45,432 nt of DNA from positions 1-45,432 of the forward strand of contig JBAVXU010000110.1 in assembly GCA_049698415.1 (NCBI GenBank), given 5' to 3'. The notes under the pieces were generated by a model. That model was not told the origin of the DNA and made no database searches. It saw only the letters and a program-made list of their open reading frames with translations. Shown in pieces: positions 41,363 to 45,432 of the stretch (the stretch's first letter is position 1; each line of letters opens with the position of its first letter). This DNA is from Mycobacteriales bacterium. Lineage in GTDB: Bacteria; Actinomycetota; Actinomycetes; Mycobacteriales; QHCA01. The position numbers and the translations under genes are program-made.

Positions 41363-41690
41363 TCCCGAGGTGGTCTCGGCCAGCGTCTTCGCGGCGCTGG
41401 CCGACCCCAACCGGCGAGCGATCCTGTCCTCGCTCGCCGAGCACGGACCGAGCACCGCCACGGACCTCTCCCGTCGGCTGTCCATCACCCGCCAGGGCAT
41501 CGCGAAGCACCTCGGGCTCCTCGCCGATGCCGGCCTGGTGACCCACGACGCCGGTGAGGGCCGGCGGGTGCTCTACCTGCACCGCACCGAACCCATCAGG
41601 GTCGCGCAGTCGTACCTCGCGGCTCTCGCTGCCGACTGGGACGGCTCCCTCGACCGACTCGCTGCCTACCTCCAAGGAGAAACGTCATGA
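41352..41690 (+). CDS. ArsR/SmtB-family transcriptional regulator
   Basis: FAALADPNRRAILSSL and HTH TATDLSRRLSITRQGIAKHLGLLADAGLV. ATG at 41352 overlaps the upstream gene by 11 nt. Confidence 0.9.
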   Translation: MLPDPEVVSASVFAALADPNRRAILSSLAEHGPSTATDLSRRLSITRQGIAKHLGLLADAGLVTHDAGEGRRVLYLHRTEPIRVAQSYLAALAADWDGSLDRLAAYLQGETS

Positions 41691-42115
41691 GCAGTTTCAC
41701 GACCAGCTTCGTCGTCGACAGGACCCCCGACGAGGTGTACGCCGCGATCAACGACGTCCCCGGCTGGTGGACGGGCGAAGTCCTCGGCACCACCGACGTG
41801 CTCGGCGAGGAGTTCAGCTATCGCCAGACGGAATTCCACTACAGCAAGCAGAGAGTCGTCGACCTGGTCCCTGGCCAGCGGATCGCCTGGCGCGTCGTCG
41901 AGGCGCACCTCTCCTTCGCGCCTGACCCGCACGAGTGGCAGGGGACCGAGATCGCTTTCGATCTCAAGCCGCATGGTGAGGGGACCGAGGTGGTGTTCAC
42001 TCACCACGGTCTCGGGCCGGAGCTCGCCTGCTACGACGACTGCTCGAGTGGCTGGCGGTTCTACGTCGACGGCAGCCTGCGCGAACGCCTGGTGGCTGAG
42101 GCTCTGCCGAGATAG
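41687..42115 (+). CDS. SRPBCC domain protein (second copy)
   Basis: 142 aa with FVVDRTPDEVYAAINDVPGWW. ATGA overlap with arsR. Confidence 0.85.
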   Translation: MSSFTTSFVVDRTPDEVYAAINDVPGWWTGEVLGTTDVLGEEFSYRQTEFHYSKQRVVDLVPGQRIAWRVVEAHLSFAPDPHEWQGTEIAFDLKPHGEGTEVVFTHHGLGPELACYDDCSSGWRFYVDGSLRERLVAEALPR

Positions 42116-42161
42116 CTCGCGAGGCTCGTGGCGCTGCGCACCCCGCCGATGACCTGACCCG

Positions 42162-42431
42162 TCAGTCCGGAGTGATGTTCTGGTTGAGCCGGAAGAGATT
42201 GGCGGGGTCGTAGCGCCGCTTCAGTGCGCGCAGCTTTTGGAGCTTGTCGCCACCGTACGACGACGTCACCAGCTCGGCGCCGACCTCGGACTGCTCGTTG
42301 ACGTAGTTGCCGGCGCGGGAAGGGGCTTTGAAGGGCCACCAGCGCTCCGGTCCACCAACGCCCCGCCGAAGCCGGCGCTCGCCAGCTCGTGCTGCAGCGT
42401 CATCCCGCCCCCAGAGCCCATCAGCGCGCAG
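42162..42431 (-). pseudogene. relic of the C-terminus of a BBE-domain FAD-linked oxidase
   Basis: My own minus-strand translation gives ..FKAPSRAGNYVNEQSEVGAELVTSSYGGDKLQKLRALKRRYDPANLFRLNQNITPD*, with the stop at 42164-42162. This matches the BBE-domain tail (YvN...yG.N..RL..iK..YDP.N.F..nqnI.P). The frame is closed by a stop at 42434-42432. No start codon, and no FAD-binding domain upstream. Confidence 0.55.
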
Positions 42432-42807
42432 TCAGCGCGGTACAGCCGATGGAGAGCAGAAGCCCTCGGGGCAGCGACACCTGCATGGTCATCCGCGCGG
42501 GTGGCTCGACCGGGAAGAACTCGGCGAACAGCGCGTTGAGCTCAGCGAAGTCGCCCTGGTCGGCGACGAGCACCGTGGTGCTCACGACGAGGTCGAGGCG
42601 GCTGTCCGCTTCGGCAAGAACGGCCTCGAGGTTGCGGAAGACCTGATGGGCCTGCTCGGCGAAGGTCGGCCCCACCACCGATCCAGTGGCGGGGTCGACG
42701 CCCGGCTGGCCGGAGACGAACACGAAGTCGCCGGCCCGAACCGCCTGGGAGTACGGGCCGATCCCCACGGGCACACCGGGACCCGCCACCACCTCCTTGC
42801 GGGTCAC
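42421..42807 (-). CDS. ridA: RidA/YjgF-family reactive-intermediate deaminase
   Basis: GIGPYSQAVRAGDFVFVSGQ. GTG at 42807 forms a GTGA overlap with the upstream gene (alternative GTG at 42819). Confidence 0.9.
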   Translation of the reverse strand: MTRKEVVAGPGVPVGIGPYSQAVRAGDFVFVSGQPGVDPATGSVVGPTFAEQAHQVFRNLEAVLAEADSRLDLVVSTTVLVADQGDFAELNALFAEFFPVEPPARMTMQVSLPRGLLLSIGCTALTAR

Positions 42808-43157
42808 GTCCGCGCCCACAGCGCGTTGAGGATGCGCCAGTGACCGTCCACCTCGACGAGCTGCAGATAGTCGACGAACACAGGTCCGGTCACGTGCGCG
42901 GTGGCGATGGTGAAGTGCACGTGGTCCACGGAGATCTCGATCCGGCGCTGCTCCGGGTCATCACGCTTGCCAAGGCCTTGTGCGCTGCCATCGATCATCT
43001 GCCGTGCCGAGAGGTCGTCGATGCCGCCGTTCTCGAGCGAGCGCTTCACCAGCGCGGGGTGCAGGGCTCGCTCCATCCGCTCCGGGTCCCCGTCGAACCA
43101 CCCCTCGTAGTAGTCGCGGGCAGTGGCCTCGATGGCTGCGTGCGCAGTCCCTGTCAT
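42804..43157 (-). CDS. NTF2-like (SnoaL/putative lumazine-binding-like) protein
   Basis: 117 aa with ATARDYYEGWFDGDPERMERALHPALV. ATG at 43157 forms an ATGA overlap with the hydrolase stop. Confidence 0.72.
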   Translation of the reverse strand: MTGTAHAAIEATARDYYEGWFDGDPERMERALHPALVKRSLENGGIDDLSARQMIDGSAQGLGKRDDPEQRRIEISVDHVHFTIATAHVTGPVFVDYLQLVEVDGHWRILNALWART

Positions 43158-44050
43158 GTGCTGGCTCCTGTCCTCGGGAACACCTGCTGGAGAAAGCGGT
43201 CGAGCAGCGTGTTGACCACCTCGGGGCTGCGGCACTGCGGTTCGTGGCCGCTTCCCGGCAGCACCTCGAGGTCTGCACCGGCCAGCCGTGCCAACTCCGT
43301 CCCGCGAGCCAACGGCGTGATGGCGTCGTCGGTGCCGTGGATGACGAGGCTGGGGCAGCGCAACCCCGAGGCGAGTTCGGCTGCCCGCTCCGGGGTCAGG
43401 TTATGAGCCTCCGTACCACCGCTGGCAAGCAGCACCTCTGGCGTCGTCTGCAGGCCCATCTCGAGGAAGTGTGCGATCTGAGCATCTGACCCGGGCTCGG
43501 TGAAGCACTGCGAGAAGAAGAACTCCAGGAAGTCCGGGAAGTCGCTCATCCAATAGTGCTGGTTCCATTTTGCCCAGCCCTCGTGCTCGCCGAGGACCTC
43601 GCCGAACCGGGCGTTGGCCGCGACCCGCGCGGGATGCCCAGGCGCGAGCGGCACGTTGGGGGCGATGAAGACTGCGCCCTCGACGCGCTCAGGGTGGAGA
43701 CCGGCCAGCGAGAGCGCCCAAGGCCCTCCCTGCGACACGGCGAGGACGGCCGCCCGTTGGATTCCGCAGGCGTCGAGGACCGCCACTGCGTCTTCGGCCA
43801 CGAGCAGGTCGCCGTAGAAGGCCGGGTCTTCGGGGCGGTCGGAGGAGCCGTTGCCGAGTCCGTCGAACGTGACCACGCGGTAGTGCGCAGCGAGGTGCGG
43901 GACCTGATGACGCCAGAAGTCGCTGTGCACGATCGTCCAGGTCGGCAGCAGCAGGACGGCATGCTCGCCGGTCCCGAACTGCTGCCAGCCGATCCGTTGC
44001 CCGGACCGCAGGACCGTGCCCTGCGCTGCAGGCTCTGCGTCTACGAGCAC
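43154..44050 (-). CDS. alpha/beta-fold hydrolase
   Basis: Nucleophile elbow AVSQGG and C-terminal GSGHEP His motif. GTG at 44050 after GGGAGGA. Confidence 0.88.
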   Translation of the reverse strand: MLVDAEPAAQGTVLRSGQRIGWQQFGTGEHAVLLLPTWTIVHSDFWRHQVPHLAAHYRVVTFDGLGNGSSDRPEDPAFYGDLLVAEDAVAVLDACGIQRAAVLAVSQGGPWALSLAGLHPERVEGAVFIAPNVPLAPGHPARVAANARFGEVLGEHEGWAKWNQHYWMSDFPDFLEFFFSQCFTEPGSDAQIAHFLEMGLQTTPEVLLASGGTEAHNLTPERAAELASGLRCPSLVIHGTDDAITPLARGTELARLAGADLEVLPGSGHEPQCRSPEVVNTLLDRFLQQVFPRTGAST

Positions 44051-44115
44051 TAGTCCTCCCAGAGAACTGTCCGCTGAGCCTAGCCAACCAACGGCAATCG
44101 CATAGCCTGTCCGCC

Positions 44116-44778
44116 GTGCGCCTCGTCATCGCCCGCTGCTCGGTCGACTACGTCGGCCGGCTGACCGCGCATCTGCCGATGGCGCCGCGGCTGATCCTGG
44201 TCAAGGCAGACGGGTCGGTCGCGGTGCACGCCGACGACCGGGCGTACAAACCGCTGAACTGGATGAGCCCACCGTGCGCGCTCCTCGAGGCCGACGGCGT
44301 GTGGCGGGTGACCAACCGCACCGGGGACCAACTCGTGATCACCATCGACGAGGTGCTGCACGATTCCGCCCACGAACTCGGGATCGACCCCGGCCTGCAG
44401 AAGGACGGGGTCGAGACGCACCTGCAGGAACTGCTGGCCGAGCAGGTCGAGGCGGTGCTCGGCGCCGGCTGGCGGGTGGTGCGCCGGGAGTGGCCCACCG
44501 ACATCGGGCCCGTCGACCTGCTGTGCAGGGACCCGGACGGGGTGTCCGTCGCCATCGAGGTTAAACGTCGAGGAGAGATCGATGGCGTGGAGCAGTTGAC
44601 CCGCTACCTCCAACGGCTCGGGCGTGATCCGCTGCTCGCGCCGGTACGCGGGCTCTTCGCCGCGCAGCAGATCACCCCGCAGGCCAGGGTGCTGGCCGCC
44701 GACCGTGGCATCGATTGCCTGGTGCTGGACTACAACGGCATGCGTGGCCTCGAGCCGGTCAATCCGACACTGTTCTGA
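44116..44778 (+). CDS. nucS: endonuclease NucS (EndoMS, non-canonical mismatch repair)
   Basis: [21 protein letters not shown]..., C-terminal [18 protein letters not shown] nuclease core. 220 aa, typical length. Confidence 0.95.
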   Translation: MRLVIARCSVDYVGRLTAHLPMAPRLILVKADGSVAVHADDRAYKPLNWMSPPCALLEADGVWRVTNRTGDQLVITIDEVLHDSAHELGIDPGLQKDGVETHLQELLAEQVEAVLGAGWRVVRREWPTDIGPVDLLCRDPDGVSVAIEVKRRGEIDGVEQLTRYLQRLGRDPLLAPVRGLFAAQQITPQARVLAADRGIDCLVLDYNGMRGLEPVNPTLF

Positions 44779-44791
44779 GGAGGGGGACGAC

Positions 44792-45121
44792 ATGGCTGAG
44801 GTCTACGAATCGGCGGCGATCGGCGGCGAGCTCATCGCGGCGGGCTGGCACTTCGGTGAGTTCGTCCGGTGCCCGGGTCTGTCCGGCGGGGTCTACCGGC
44901 TCGCGGCCGGCGAGCCGGACCCGCAGTCAGCGCACACCGAGGACGAGGTCTACGTCGTCGTCGCCGGCGCTGCGACCTTGCGCGCGGGTGACAAGGAGGT
45001 GCCGGTCTCGGCGGGCTCGATCGCCTACGTCCCGGCCGGCGAGGAGCACACGTTCCACACCGTCACCGAGGACCTGCTGGTGGTCGTGGTGTTCGGACCG
45101 GCCGAGGGCACTGGCGGCTAG
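44792..45121 (+). CDS. cupin-domain protein
   Basis: 109 aa with HTEDEVYVVVAG and VPAGEEHTF cupin motifs. ATG at 44792 after GAGGAGGGGG. Confidence 0.85.
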   Translation: MAEVYESAAIGGELIAAGWHFGEFVRCPGLSGGVYRLAAGEPDPQSAHTEDEVYVVVAGAATLRAGDKEVPVSAGSIAYVPAGEEHTFHTVTEDLLVVVVFGPAEGTGG

Positions 45122-45142
45122 CCCCGCAGGTACCGTCGCGCC

Positions 45143-45432
45143 ATGTACGACTTCGTGATCGTCGGCGCAGGAAGTGCAGGTTGCGTCCTCGCCGGAAGGC
45201 TCACCGAAGACCCAGGCACCACCGTGCTGTTGCTGGAGGCCGGTGGTCGCGACGACGCCGACGAGGTGCGCATCCCGCTCGCGTTCTCGCAACTGTTCAA
45301 GACGAGGTTCGACTGGGCGTTCACCACGGTGCCGCAGAAGCATGCGCAGGGTCGCTCGCTGTACTGGCCGCGCGGGAAGGTGCTGGGCGGCAGTTCCTCG
45401 ATCAACGCCATGATCTACATCCGCGGCAACCG
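45143..45432 (+). CDS. GMC-family FAD oxidoreductase (choline-dehydrogenase-like), 5' part running off the window
   Basis: My translation from the ATG at 45143 gives [23 protein letters not shown]...[19 protein letters not shown] (FAD GxGxxG plus GMC signature 1). No stop before the window end. Confidence 0.9.
   Translation, partial: MYDFVIVGAGSAGCVLAGRLTEDPGTTVLLLEAGGRDDADEVRIPLAFSQLFKTRFDWAFTTVPQKHAQGRSLYWPRGKVLGGSSSINAMIYIRGN

Overview
High-GC (about 70% by eye) actinobacterial chromosome segment, probably Propionibacteriales/Nocardioides-like (inferred from synteny and codon style only). No rRNA, tRNA, CRISPR array, transposase or integrase was seen. The backbone is the conserved Actinomycetota housekeeping block: argS-lysA-hom-thrC-thrB, rho, rpmE, prfA-prmC-tsaC, glyA, the F1Fo ATP synthase operon, DUF2550, a PduO-type adenosyltransferase, murA and, much later, nucS. 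Genes are tightly packed, and many neighbours share 4-nt ATGA/GTGA start/stop overlaps. Several computed ORFs have spurious 5' extensions, which I trimmed to starts supported by an RBS, an overlap or homology. Non-backbone content lies mainly between murA and nucS (26.1-44.0 kb): hbd, an ABC-2 transporter with a two-component system, a STAS protein plus a fused B12-dependent acyl-CoA mutase, a five-gene redox operon, an AhpD-like protein, an N-terminal-HTH STAND regulator, a methyltransferase, an SRPBCC-ArsR-SRPBCC cassette, a relic of a BBE-type oxidase, and a RidA/NTF2/hydrolase operon. The two observations I rank highest follow. (1) A translationally coupled operon at 33081-36367 encodes an S/T-rich mini-protein, a leaderless ApbE, a bis-haem ferric-reductase-domain protein, a NuoF-like protein and a ferredoxin, with no recognisable flavinylation acceptor. 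(2) A 235-aa Trp-rich protein of unknown family is inserted between atpD and atpC, a junction that is normally invariant. All family calls rest on motif recognition by eye; no database search was run.
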